A stretch of DNA of 60,274 bases, counting the filler, from Stramenopiles sp. TOSAG23-2 (Eukaryota), in NCBI GenBank assembly GCA_900128395.1. It is 6 parts of 6 records of this genome, joined end to end, with 100 filler letters (N's around TTAATTAATTAA, not from the genome) between each part and the next. Parts side by side here need not be neighbours in the genome. Positions count along the whole stretch, not along the records: positions 40,276 to 50,225 come from LT650057.1; positions 50,326 to 60,274 come from LT650058.1; 4 more parts are not named here. One strand, written 5' to 3'. The translations under genes and the position numbers were made by a program. The stretch's first letter is position 1. Each line of letters begins with the position of its first letter. Under the pieces are notes generated by a model. That model saw only the letters and a list, made by a program, of their open reading frames with translations. It was not told the origin of the DNA and did not search any database. Positions 46,695 to 59,500 of the stretch are shown here, one piece after another.

Positions 46695-49600
46695 ATGAAG
46701 TCCTCTAAATGGTCCTCATCATCGTCGTCTGTATCCTCTGAGGTTACAAACATTAGCGATGAAGTTGAAAGTATTACAATGAAGGATGGAAATAATAATG
46801 ATAAAAAATTGTCACCATTTGGTGCTTATGTACCACCACTGTTTATCTTGTCTACTTCATCCCCGAAATTAAATATGCAAGATGAAGAAATGGAATTGCT
46901 CTATCCGAGCGTTTATGGAGGTATAGATAAAAATGCCAGAATATCTCCGACAACATTGTCCCCAATATCTTCAACTCGATCCCCGTCTACTTTCATGTCG
47001 CCCAATAATAATAATAATAATAATGATAATAATAATGATAAAAATGTTGCTAAGCAATTACAACTTGAAAAAAATAAGCAGCAATGGAATTTTTTAGATC
47101 GTCCAGAAAGCCCTAAAACGTTGGTATTTAACTTTTACGAATTGGAAGAAAACTCTCAAAAGATGATTAAAAAGAAACGGTTGAAGCCAATACGAGAAAT
47201 AAAAACTATTGACACAAGACTTAGTCCGAAAAAATCAATTGGAACTTTAGGCTTTAAAAAGGGTTATATATTTAGCAGTGGTATAAAACAGAAAGTTTGG
47301 GAACACGTTTTTCTAATTGTTGACTCAAAATTACCCCTTGCTGTATATTATGAAAGTTCCGATATTACAAGATGTCTTGGTATGATAGATATTAAAAGCT
47401 CCAAGTTCATACCTACTGGTCTCAATAAAACACATGATAATCTCCCAATCAACACATTCGCTGTAACTTCAAAACATTACGATAAAGTAGAAGACAAAAC
47501 AGAAAAATCAATCGTAAACTTTGGATGTAAAACACGCGAAGAAATGATGTCGTGGTTGCATTTTTTTTACGAATCAAAGCGAAATGAAATTAAACGAAGC
47601 CGAATTCAAAAAAGTCCAATGTGCACTCCACCGAATACGTTAATAACTAGTGAAAGAAGCTCCACTTTTAGTGATATGAAGGAACGTATAAATATTAAAA
47701 TTGGTCGGTCTCCACGCCTTGTACCAATTTCTAAAATTATGGAAAAAAATGAAAATTTAATAACAGGACTCGGATATATTTTGAAAGAACAATACCCTGG
47801 AGGACCTATACTCCCTTTCCATCAAGAAGAATTTAGCGCTATTCGAATACAAACAATGTGGCGTGGATATTTAGCTAAAGAATATGTATGGGGTTACCAT
47901 GGTCTATCCCGATCCACATGGGCATCTTTATTGGTACAACGATGCCTTCGTGGACATCGAATAAGATGGCAATTACGAATTACAAAAAGAGCTGCGATTA
48001 AAATACAACGCTTGTGGAAAAATCACAAACTTGCACGTCTTATCCAAAAGCAACATAATGAGTACAAGCGTAAATTAAAAAGAGCCGGTGCATATTTTAA
48101 AAATAGTACGTTGATGAGAATTATTTCAGCTTGGAAACGTTTGACACAGACACAAAAAAAGGCACAGAAATTGTTAAGAAAAGTTTTATCGGGTGTTTTA
48201 GCATCGACATTTTATCGTTGGGAGGAATATACAATAATTAGGAGAGGTATTCGACAGGAAAAAACACGTATGATGCAAAAGGAAGGATTTAGAAAAGCTA
48301 AATTCTTTTTAAGGCGGTTATTGTTACGCCATGCAGCCACGGCTCTAAATCAATGGCATGACGTTGTGGAAAAAAATAAAAGAATGAAAAAGTTACTCCA
48401 ACGTGTATTGCACGGAGAGTTAAAAACACATTATCTTGCTTGGATTGAATACCATAAACAAATGGTCAAATGCAGGTTGTTACGGAAAAAAGTTTTCTCA
48501 CATATTTATGAACGATATTTAGTGAAATGGGAAATCCATGTTATGCGAAATCAAGCTTGTAAAAAAATTCAAAAAGCATATAGAATTTATTGGGCTACAG
48601 GGAGATTGGTTCTAAATATCAGATGGAATCAATATATCGATGATTGTGCCCACAAAATTCAAAATGTCGCGCGCAAGTTCTTAGCTTGGTTAGAAGTTTG
48701 GGGACCATTCGGTTTGTTCGTCCGCAATAAACGTAGCATTGAAATCCAAGCATGGTTTCGTTGTTACAGTACTATAAGAAAATATCGAACGTATCTCTAT
48801 AAATTATCCTTAACACAAATTCGTTGCCGTTCATGGTTTCGACGACGTGTGTCTGCCGCAATTTTTATTCAGTGCGTATGGCGTAGACACGATAAATGGT
48901 GGAAAAAAAAGTTATGGGCAACATTAAAGGTTCAAAGAGCTTTCCGAACCTATTGTGCTTTTAATATATTTACGCAAGTCAAGCGATTTTTTTATAAAAC
49001 ATTTTTGAATGAATGGACCACTATATCACTTTTATGTAAAGTAGCATCGAAACATTATTGTATGTGTTATGGAATATGGAGACAACGTAAATTATTTTTA
49101 CAAATTACTGTGGCGAAGACTGGAAAAACATTTTTTAAAGAAATCACACTTATGAAATTGATTAATGTTATAGAAAATGACAGTGAATTGCATTTTAAAC
49201 CAGTAACGCTAGATCAAGTTTTAGTCAAACTTTGTAAGCAATGGATAGATTTTGTATATGATGATAGTAAAAATCTTCAAATAGACGGTTTGAAGGCTTC
49301 ATGTAAATATGATAATCTAATGCTAAAAATTAAGGATGTATTTACATCTATTACAGGCTACCCAACGAAACGATTGAAAAATCATTACAATATCCAAAAA
49401 GATTTTGGGTTTATTAAAGATGAGCAAGCTGAAGTTATAAAAGAACTATCAAAAGTATTACCATTTCTGGATGAATTCAATGTAGACGAAGGAAAGGCAC
49501 CACCAAGTATACTTTTTGAAAAGTTACTACAAGCAAACACAATACACGACATGGCATTGATATTAGAAGAACGTGGAAAAAATGTAGTAACAAAGATATT

Positions 49601-50225
49601 ATCAAATGTAAAAATGGTTGGGATTAAAGTGCTGTCAAAATCTCTGTACTATGATGTTCGAGAAGATATAATGAAGTTGATACAGAAACGACAACTAATT
49701 AAAGATTCATTAGGAATTTTAGAAAAAAATGTGCAAGCAACAGAAAAAGAGAGAGCAACTGCCCGGACACAGCACGAAGAATCAAAATTAAAGCTGCAAA
49801 ATATAAATGAAGAATACAAAAGGAAAATTGCAGTAATAGAATTGATGAAGGAAAGGTCTGAGATGATTGCAGCCGATGTTGAAAGTTACTACATGGAAAT
49901 TATAGCACCACGAGAAGCAGAGGTAGAAGGTATTGAAAAAATGATTTCTACCTTGCATGAAGAACTGGATGGAGGATTTTATTACGATGCTTTACCCGGA
50001 GCACAAGCGGAATTAGCGGAATATGAAGCAGAAATTCTTATAGCAAAGGCAGATATTGAAATGGAAGAATACGATTCTGATGATATTGATGAAATTTCTT
50101 CTTCAATAACGAAAACTCAAAAAAAAATAGATCGAATTATAAATAATCTGAAAAATGATGAAAATTGGTTAATAATATTTCCAAAAGTAAAACTTGAAGA
50201 ACAAATGTTGCAAATGTATGTAGTG
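46695..50225 (+). CDS. PH domain + multiple IQ motifs + Sfi1-like repeats + coiled coil; 3'-truncated by the contig end
   Basis: PH (KKGYIF..WEHVFLIV..YYES..GMIDI..EMMSWL); IQTMWRGY, IQRLWK, IQKAYR, IQAWFR; Trp repeats (STFYRWEEY, ALNQWHD, YLAWIEY). Confidence 0.85.
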
Positions 50226-50325
50226 NNNNNNNNNNNNNNNNNNNNNNNNNNNNNNNNNNNNNNNNNNNNTTAATTAATTAANNNNNNNNNNNNNNNNNNN
50301 NNNNNNNNNNNNNNNNNNNNNNNNN
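50226..50325. other. Artificial contig-joining spacer
   Basis: 44 N + TTAATTAATTAA + 44 N. Confidence 0.98.
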
Positions 50326-53300
50326 CAGTACAGACAACCCAAACCGCGAGTGTTCAAACACAGAACGTGTTTGTTTCCGCAATCTTGAAAATTGGAGCAC
50401 TTTAAGACGCAGGCGTGTAGAAAATAACCAACCATGTTATACATCTTTACCTTGTAATGACGAAAACAATATGGACCATCAACATACAGATTCTTGCAAA
50501 GATAAATATGGTGAAACATCACTTGACAAATGGGGCAAAGTATATTATCTAGAGCAAGATCCGATTAACGAACAATATCTTGGTTCACCAATACAGTACA
50601 GACAACCCAAACCGCGAGTGTTCAAACACAGAACGTGTTTGTTTCCGCAATCTTGAAAATTGGAGCACTTTAAGACGCAGGCGTGTAGAAAATAACCAAC
50701 CATGTTATACATCTTTACCTTGTAATGACGAAAACAATATGGACCATCAACATACAGATTCTTGCAAAGATAAATATGGTGAAACATCACTTGGCAAATG
50801 GGGCGAAGTATATTATCTAGAGCAAGATCCGATTAACGAACAATATCTTGGTTCACCAATTCGAAAGGAAAAGAAGGTTTTTGTTACTATATTTAGTTGC
50901 GAAGGCATATGTTGTGCCGGTGAAGTTCCCCTGGTTAATGCTACTATAAATAGGTCAGCTGGTAGTGACGGGAAGATTTATAATATTTTCGTTAGTGTTA
51001 CTAGAAAACGCGTAACAGTGGAACATTCAATTACCGTATCTCCAGATAAGTTGCGAAAAGATATGAAAAAAGTAGGTCTACGCCCTAAATTTATTTCAAC
51101 GAATTTGCCACAAACGTTTAAAGTAGATGATACAAAAATCTCTTTAAATGTACAGTTAGAAGCTGGAAAAAATGGAAGCAACAACAATTTGCGGACTTCA
51201 AAAAGCTTTCTAAAAAATTTACCTGATTTTAATTATCTTCTTGCCATGTTATTTTATGTAATTTCATTATTTTCTATTATTGAAAGTGTTAATTATTTGA
51301 AATATGTCGGAATTGTAGCAATTGCATTGTCATGGTGGCCAAGAATTGCCCAACGTGCATATTTTTCGATTCGTAGAAGGTTGTTAGATATTAATTTTTT
51401 AATGACAGGTGCGGTTATCGGTGCAATCGCTATAGGTGATTATGTTGAAGGTGCTACACTGATGGTATTGTTTTCTTGGAGTGATTGGCTTGAAAAGCAA
51501 GCGACAGAGCGCGTCCGTAATGCAATTGAAGATATAGTAGCATTAAGTCCTGACGTTGCATATGTAGGGGATGATGGAATACCAACACCGGTTGAGGAAG
51601 TTGAAATTGGGACTACATTAATTGTTAAATCTGGGGAAAAGGTCGCAATTGATGGCATAGTCATATTTGGTACAAGCACGGTGGATGAAAGTATGTTGAC
51701 AGGAGAATCTCGCCCAGTTCGCAAGCGTGTCGGGGATGAAGTCTCTGGTGGTACTATAAATATTGGAAATGGATTTTTCAAAATGAAAACTTCCGCTGTA
51801 TCTTCAGATTCAGCTGTGGCGAGATTGGCACGTTTAGTAGAAGAATAAATATTGGAAATGGATTTTTCAAAATGAAAACTTCCGCTGTATCTTCAGATTC
51901 AGCTGTGGCGAGATTGGCACGTTTAGTAGAAGAAGCACAAGCTAAAAAATCCCCAACCGAAAATTTAGTTGAATCTATAGCAAAAGTTTACACCCCTGTT
52001 ATATTTGCAAGTGCAATTTTACTTGGTAGTATACCATGGTTCTGGGGAAGTGAAATTGGAATGAAATATTTATACGAAGCATTGATTTTGTTAGTTGTTG
52101 CATGCCCATGTGCACTTGTCATTTCAACACCATTGACATATGTGTGTGGATTGGCGCAAGGTGCACGTAATGGTATATTAATCAAAGGTGGGGTACAGCT
52201 TGAATCGCTATCTAAAGTATCAGCTGTCGCAATTGATAAAACGGGAACAATCACGGAAGGCACATTTGCTGTGACCGGAGAAAAAATCATCTCCAAAACA
52301 ATCGAAAAAGGTCAAATTTTGAAATATATTTTGTCTTTGGAACGACAAGCAAACCACCCGATTGCAGAAGCATTGTGCAAGCATTGTATTAAATATGAAA
52401 AAAACAAGAAAAATAAGAAAGTGGCATTGTATGATAAGGTACTTGAATTTGAAAATATTCCAGGGGAAGGTGTGAAAGGTATTGTTAATGGCAAGAAGGT
52501 TGAAATTGGTAATCGAAGATTGGCAGAAAGAGTTTGCGGTGGTAAACATGTTGATGTCATGGCACATATTCCAAAAGATTGGACACACCGTGGCGGCACT
52601 ATTGGATGGGTACTTGTGAACGGAATCGTTGTATCTACCTTCATATTATCTGACACGGTACGTCCCACGGCTGCAGAAGCAATGTTAGACTTGAAACAAA
52701 TAGGTGTTGCTGTAACAATGTTAACTGGTGATAATAAAGATGCAGCGTTGGCATTTGCAAAGATGGTACATATACCAAATGTCTTTTATGAATTGCTGCC
52801 TAAAGAAAAAGTAGAACATATTGAACGTTTGAAACTTGAATTTTGCACAAATAAATCCAATAAACAAACATGCTTAAATATGAAGCGTGATGGTATTGCA
52901 ATGATTGGAGATGGCATAAATGATGCACCGGCTCTTGCAACTTCTACCGTTGGGATTGCCATGGGGGTACAAGGCACAGCAGTCGCGATGGAAACGGCAG
53001 ATGTATCATTAATGGATAATGATTTACGAAAAATTGCATTGGGAATCCGATTAGGCAGACAAGTTACATCAGTAATTATACAAAATGTTATCTTTGCAAT
53101 TCTTTGTAAACTCATTATGATAGCATTGACTCTATTTGGATTATCTGCATTATGGTTAGCAATTGTTGTTGATGTTGGCTCCATGTTACTAGTTTCATTG
53201 AACAGTAGTCGAATATTGAAACGAGTAACAAAAACGATGGAAGAGGATGTTAATTATGAAGGAGAGACCACTCGTATTGCTGATAATGGAAATTTGGAAG

Positions 53301-53812
53301 AAACTGAAATTTTAGCAACATCGTCCCTTGATATGAAACTGCGTGGAATTGACGAGCAAGAGAAGCAAAAATATTCCGCAGATGATAATTTTTACGATGC
53401 TTTTAAATTAAAAGTTGATGAAATGGAAGGTTTGTGTGATGCAAATTTGTTGCGCAATGCACTAAAAAAAGTACATGGTGTTGAAAATATTGATATTGAT
53501 ATGGAAAAGAAAACCTTGAGTTGTCAATGCGGTCAAGGCACATGTGATATTAATTCATTGGTACAACAGGTGGAAGGCTTAGGCTTTGATGTGGAATATG
53601 ATGTTTTTCATAGCATTAAAATTGACGAGATTGATGGTTTATGCGATGCTAATTTGTTACGAAACGCCTTGAAGAAACTGAATGGTGTAATGGAAATTGA
53701 CATTGATATGAGTGTAAAAACATTGAAATGTACATGTGCTGGTGGTAAATGTGAGTTGAAGACATTGACGAACATTATAGAAGGATTAGGATTCGATTAC
53801 CAGTTGGTATGA
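50326..53812 (+). CDS. P1B-2 type Zn2+/Cd2+-exporting ATPase (HMA2/ZntA-like), 5'-truncated; frame broken by 268-bp and 89-bp tandem duplications
   Basis: GICCAGE metal-binding domain, [38 protein letters not shown], conserved Lys and DVG in the last two TM helices. Duplications at 50326/50594 and 51756/51845. Confidence 0.93.
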
Positions 53813-54008
53813 CACTTCGTACGCGCTTCGTATCAATACCTGAAATTGTTTATCTCATGTACATACATGTAATCATATATACGAAATATATATATATATA
53901 TATATATGAGACACTTCGTACGCGCTTCGTATCAATACCTGAAATTGTTTATCTCATGTACATACATGTAATCATATATACGAAATATATATATATATAT
54001 ATATATGA
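53811..54008. repeat. Tandem duplication, 2 x 99 bp
   Basis: gacacttcgtacgcg... at 53811 and 53910. Confidence 0.9.
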
Positions 54009-54170
54009 TATCAAAGATCTCGAACAAAGCGGCAGTTGTAGCTAGAGTGTGGATGCTGTTTTTTCATAAAAATAAATTATACGGTTCTCGTAATATCTTG
54101 GTATATCATACTATCTTCTCAAAAACTTCCCCCTTTAGATACAAAACATTGTGTGTTTGAACAAAAAATC

Positions 54171-55136
54171 TCACAAACGTGCTGCCATTACGATTGTAGT
54201 ATTTGTATCTGGTTTGTTCATCTTTGCATTCATACGTTTACGTTTCATTTCTTTTTGTAATATTGGATCATCTACAAAATAACTATTTTCACCAAAACCT
54301 TTGCCAACTGAGTAGCCATTTTCATTGATTAAACCTTCAATTTCTTTCATTACTTTCTTCTCCCCGACGTAAAGCCATCGTACTTTATTTCTTAAATGTT
54401 GATTTGGCCCACCATAATATGTACCCCAACTATGATCAAATATATTTGCAATTAATTGCCTATTATTTATACGTTTGCCATATATAATATCATCAGCATA
54501 ATCTAATATGCCTTTCCCATCATCATTGCTAAAGTATTCCCTTGATAGCATTGTAATAAATTTAAAACGTTGACCATATTTTTTTTGTAATTGTTTAATT
54601 TTATTATGCCAAAAAATATCCAATTTTGTTTTTGATGCCCATACAAAAATAACATTTTTCACACCAGATTCTTCTCCTTCACCAAAGCCATTTAATGCAC
54701 CACGTTCTAATTCATGTGCCACAACTGGCAACGTTTCTGTAATCCCAACACCGAAACTAATTATACCCAGCATTTCGCCTCCAGCTTGTCTTTTTTTTAC
54801 ACCCATACGAAATACTTCAATCTCTCCACCAATAAGTATACTATCTAAATATCCACTTGCTCTTCCATTTGGATATATTTTCAACGTGATATCAAATTCA
54901 TTTTCCCTCTCTGCTGACATAGAAAATGATTTTGGTTTGTAATTTGGTACTACTACTTTAATAACATCACCTTTGACTATACGACATGTCTTATATAAAC
55001 CATGTGGATTTTCAAAAGTCAACGTATAAACTGGCAATCTATTACCTTCTTTTGGTACAATAAGTGTCTTTCTTAATAATTTCACTTTAAATGGTGTAAA
55101 TATTTTTCTAAAGTTTCCTTTCATTTTTTTCTTCAT
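54171..55136 (-). CDS. FAD/NAD(P)H-binding oxidoreductase (FNR/cytochrome b5 reductase-like)
   Basis: PKSFS (degenerate RxYS), LKIYPNGRASGYL, FGVGITE (GxGITP-like), FVWASK; first in-frame ATG at 55136. Confidence 0.8.
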   Translation of the reverse strand: MKKKMKGNFRKIFTPFKVKLLRKTLIVPKEGNRLPVYTLTFENPHGLYKTCRIVKGDVIKVVVPNYKPKSFSMSAERENEFDITLKIYPNGRASGYLDSILIGGEIEVFRMGVKKRQAGGEMLGIISFGVGITETLPVVAHELERGALNGFGEGEESGVKNVIFVWASKTKLDIFWHNKIKQLQKKYGQRFKFITMLSREYFSNDDGKGILDYADDIIYGKRINNRQLIANIFDHSWGTYYGGPNQHLRNKVRWLYVGEKKVMKEIEGLINENGYSVGKGFGENSYFVDDPILQKEMKRKRMNAKMNKPDTNTTIVMAARL

Positions 55137-55352
55137 CTTCTGTGTTTTTCTCTTCACTTTTTTTCTATCAATATTTCTTTTCTCTTTGTATTAATATGTA
55201 TACTGTTTTGTTACTTTCTGTATATTATTATACATTTTCTATGCACAATACTCGATATCCGATATCCGCAGTATCTATCAATCAGAAGAACCAATATATC
55301 TGTTTAAGTTGGGCGTACAAAAGTAAAAGTATACAAAAGTGTGGATCGGACA

Positions 55353-55418
55353 CAGCAGCCAGGCTGGACGCCAGCGGGCCAGCTGGGCCAGCCGCCAGCC
55401 AGGACAGCTGGACAGCAG
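55353..55418. promoter_or_regulatory. Putative upstream element: dense CCAG/CTGG/CAGCTG cluster
   Basis: GC-rich island in AT-rich DNA 220-280 bp upstream of ATG 55136; shares CTGTCCAGCTGT (reverse strand) with 11294-11327. Confidence 0.4.
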
Positions 55419-55539
55419 AAAAAACAAAAGAGGCATATATTTTATAATACCATCACACAGTAAAAACGCGTATTATATAATGCTATATTTGCGCCTACCA
55501 CCTTTTTTAAGGTTGTAAATTTTAATCATTTTCAGTTCT

Positions 55540-55977
55540 TCAATTACCTGAATCCTCCTCTTCTTTATCCTCTTTATTTTCATCATCGTCATCATCTAAA
55601 AACAAATCTTCAACACCTTCCGATACATAATGCCTTGCTTTGAAAAAGTCATATTTCAATGCACGCCAATATCTTTGTCCTAGAAATTGTTTCTCAAAAC
55701 TTTCTCTCAACTTATATAATGGAGAAAACAATGAACCAAATCTTCTATCTAATTCAAACCATGCAACTTTTTCTACTTCATGTATATACACTGTACGTTT
55801 TGGATGTTTATATTTATATAATGGTTTTGTAAATCCTTTTTTCATTAATCGTTTATATTCATTAGTATCATCAGTAATTGCTTCTTTTATTACATTGGAA
55901 TTCATATCTAGTAATAAATCATTACTACTAATACTTCTTTTCTTCCTCTTCTTTTTCTTATGTATTTGCCTTTTCAT
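55540..55977 (-). CDS. Hypothetical small protein
   Basis: 145-aa ATG-initiated ORF with a basic N-terminus and acidic C-terminus. Confidence 0.6.
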   Translation of the reverse strand: MKRQIHKKKKRKKRSISSNDLLLDMNSNVIKEAITDDTNEYKRLMKKGFTKPLYKYKHPKRTVYIHEVEKVAWFELDRRFGSLFSPLYKLRESFEKQFLGQRYWRALKYDFFKARHYVSEGVEDLFLDDDDDENKEDKEEEDSGN

Positions 55978-56576
55978 ATTTAACGATTAAATGTGTTTTA
56001 TATTTACTAATCGACATACAATATAAATCCTATTGCTTCATTTGTACATATATATGTATATATATATTATGATATTGTAATATATGGAACTGTTATTGCA
56101 TTCTTAAAGTACGACGTCAGGAAAGTTAACAAGAGTATTAACTTTCTGTGTGTTGATTTATGTATTATACTGTATGTATTTACATAACGGTTTGCACATT
56201 TAGAATTTGTATGATGTGTTCGATTCAGTCAATATTCCTTAAAAATCGTCATAGCTATACCAAAATTGAAAGAAAAACAAAAAAAGCAAAAACCATCAGT
56301 ATTATAGATAAAATGCAGCTCATAAATAGATCTTCACAGCATTTTAAAAAAGATAGGTGCATATAGTAAATAAAACACAGTAGTCGTCCTTTATTATTAT
56401 ATACCTTGATACACTTTATTAATATTTATTTTTATGCAAATCTATATACTGTACCTGGTTTTTATTACACTCTTTTTTTATTATTCTTAATTAATTACAC
56501 TCTTTTTTTAAAAAATTGTTTTTACTTTTTTCATCAAACGCACAAACATATATTATAATATGTAACAATGCAACTC

Positions 56577-59500
56577 CTATGGATGGTAACTATTTTCACT
56601 ATTCGATTCCATAAAATCTTCATATTTCAACTTTAATTCGACTTTAGTTTTCCTTTCTTCTTCAATATTACCAAGTGATTTCTGTACCCTTACAGCCATG
56701 TTGGTAATTGCTCGCTCCACTAACATTATCGGTAAACTTGCATTGTATCGCTTCATATCATTTGTAGACTTCCGAATATACTTGCATAACTTTTTCTCAC
56801 AACCATCTACAAGCTTTATATCAAACCTTTCAATAGCAACGATGGAGGCCATCTTTGCCAATTCAGGTGCAGTGTAATTTGGTAAATTAAGAAATGTTGG
56901 AAATCTTCTACGTAATCCAGGATCAGCATCTAAAAGCACTTGCATTTTATCAGCATATCCTGCTAAAACAACAAATACATCTGTACGACGATTTTCCGCT
57001 TCTGTTAATAAAGTTGCAAGAGCATCATTTGCAAACGAATCTCTTTTACCACATTTATTAGTTGCAGACAAGGCATAAGCTTCATCAAGGAACAATGTTC
57101 CCCCTTCGGCAGATGCAAATGCATCTAAAACTTTTGGTGTTGTCTGACCAACGTATTGCCCTTTCAATTGCGTTGCATTTCGTTCAATAAATACATTTTT
57201 TCGAAGTATTCCAACACCATATAATATTTTGTGAAGCAACCTTGCTAACGTTGTCTTGCCGGTTCCTGGAGACCCGGTCAAAATCAGGTGCATGCACGTG
57301 TTTAAAACCTTTTTACTTAAAAGACCTTTTTCCACTAAATTTATTTTCGATGTTAGATCATCAACGTATTTTTTTGGTATCTCAAATCCAACCATTGATT
57401 GAAGCTCTAGTAAAGCGTCCATTTTGATTTTGTTTCGTTTACGCCATTTCTCGAGTTCAACCTCGTCCTCTGCATTCTTTTTCTCCTCAGCAATAGTTTT
57501 TTCTTTATCAAGTTTCTTCTTTGCTTCTGCAGCAGCTTTGCCATAGAAAAGATCAGTAACATCAAAATCGGATGCAGTCAAAATGGATTGATCTTCAAAT
57601 TCCAACGATTCTGAATGTCTTGCTAAACGTGCCATTCTATTGGCAAATCGACTCATTGCTTTCTCGACATATTCAATCGCAAGTCCACCATTTTTTTCCT
57701 TAATCTGCATTTTATTGCGTGATTTAATTGCTTCTTCAAGCAAAGGAATAACATCTGGTTCAACTTCCATATCAAATTTTCTCCTAGCATACCGTACAGC
57801 AATTTCAACTAGATCAGCTGGTGAATAATCAGGCAAATGTATGCTGGTTTGAAAACGACGTTCAAATCCAGAATTATCTCGCATCATTGCGCTCATTTTA
57901 TCTCGGTATCCGGCAAGGATGCATAATACACTCGTGCGATTGTTTTCTAACGATGTAAGCAAAGTAGCAATGGCTTCTCTTGAAAAAGAATCACCCTTAT
58001 TTAGACTGTATGCTTCATCCAAAAACACGGTCCCACCCATACCTGAATTGATAGTTGCTTGTACCAACGGCGTCGTTTGTCCACAATATTCTGCTTTTAG
58101 CTCAAGTGCTGATTTTTCAATGAATACATCTTTTTTAAGAATATTATATGCAAAAAGAAATTTATGCATCAATCGAGCTAGCGTGGTTTTTCCCGTGCCA
58201 GGATTTCCAGTGAAAACCATATTCATGTTTATGTTCATGATTTCTTGCTTTCCACCCTTTTCTACATATACAACTTTTCCTCGAAATTCTTCGAATATTG
58301 CTTTCACATTTGCCATTCCAACTAAATTTTCAATCTCTTTGTCAACTTCGGCCCGTGCTTTAGCACGTTTAAGACGACGTTGAGATTCTCTCTCAGAGTC
58401 TTGTTTAGCTGTACTGTTCTTTGACGAGTTTTTGTTCTTTTCGTTTTTTTCCATATCAGCAGCATCAAGATCAAAGGCTTCCAAAATATGAGATTTTTGA
58501 AACATACGTCGACCACATGCAAGTTTATCGCTTGATAATTTTTTCATGGAAGATTTTGTCTGTGATGGAACAACATGCGATTTAAGCCCTCTAAGCTTGC
58601 ACGTTTCTGTCACCTGTGAATCTTTGATATATTCAACGGCATCTTTTGCTATATATATCCCTCTAGATGCCAGCTCCATTGGGGTCCATTTAGCTGTTAT
58701 GGCTCTTTCAATGGTTTCCAATGTAATCTCCGATGAAAAACATCCTACCGTTTCCAGTTCTTGAGAAACAATTTGGGCCAATTCTCTTGAAGTATAATTA
58801 TCCAAATGGATGTAAATAGGCTCTCTTTTGCGAAGTGTATCAGATGCGCTTGCAAACATGTGTGCTTTACCGCGATCTCGACTCTCTATCACCACAATGG
58901 TTTTCTTTTTAATTTTGTACCTCATAGCCGCATCGAAATCATTTCTTTCCCTCTTTGAAAATTTCTCATCCTTATCCAACATAACGTAATTTAAACAACC
59001 ATTTGCTATGTTATCATCGAAATTTTTAGCATGCCGTTTATATACTTCGTCATCATCAATCATTTTTATAGCACAAAAAAAACGCGCTAATAACTCAGAA
59101 CTCTTCCTTTTTCCTGTGCCTAATGATCCAGTTATCATAAACACTCTTGGTTTCAATATATCCCCCTTTAAAGTGAATCGCAAGAACTGTATGAAAAATC
59201 GATAGATAAATTTTTTCACCGGCTCAAGACCAACAAGATTAAATTCAATCTCTTTAAAAAGTTTGGAAAGTTCCGCAGCGTCAATTTTATCTGCAACTTC
59301 TCCGCATCCTTGTACCCGTAAATATTGAAGGCGTGCCTCCACAAAATTTGTTGCAATTGCGAGATTCTCAAGATCATGTTTCTTTAACTCCTCTTTTCGC
59401 TTATTTTGCCATTCTTGCTGAAGCTTTTGTTTCCGTTCGCCTAACGAAATTTTACGGACAACAATTCCTCGGTACCATCGCTGGCAAAGAATTGCAAGCT

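Noticed and set aside
9982-50325. TTAATTAATTAA palindromes recurring at about 10-kb periodicity
   Set aside because: Each is embedded in 44+44 Ns and separates contigs of descending size; this is a synthetic six-frame-stop linker, not biology.
921-59205. Numerous short antisense, alternate-frame and intergenic ORFs in the ORF track (e.g. 24258-24881, 26491-27048, 28613-28975, 55142-55447)
   Set aside because: They are shadows of real genes or low-complexity AT-rich sequence, often with non-ATG starts and no recognisable motifs.
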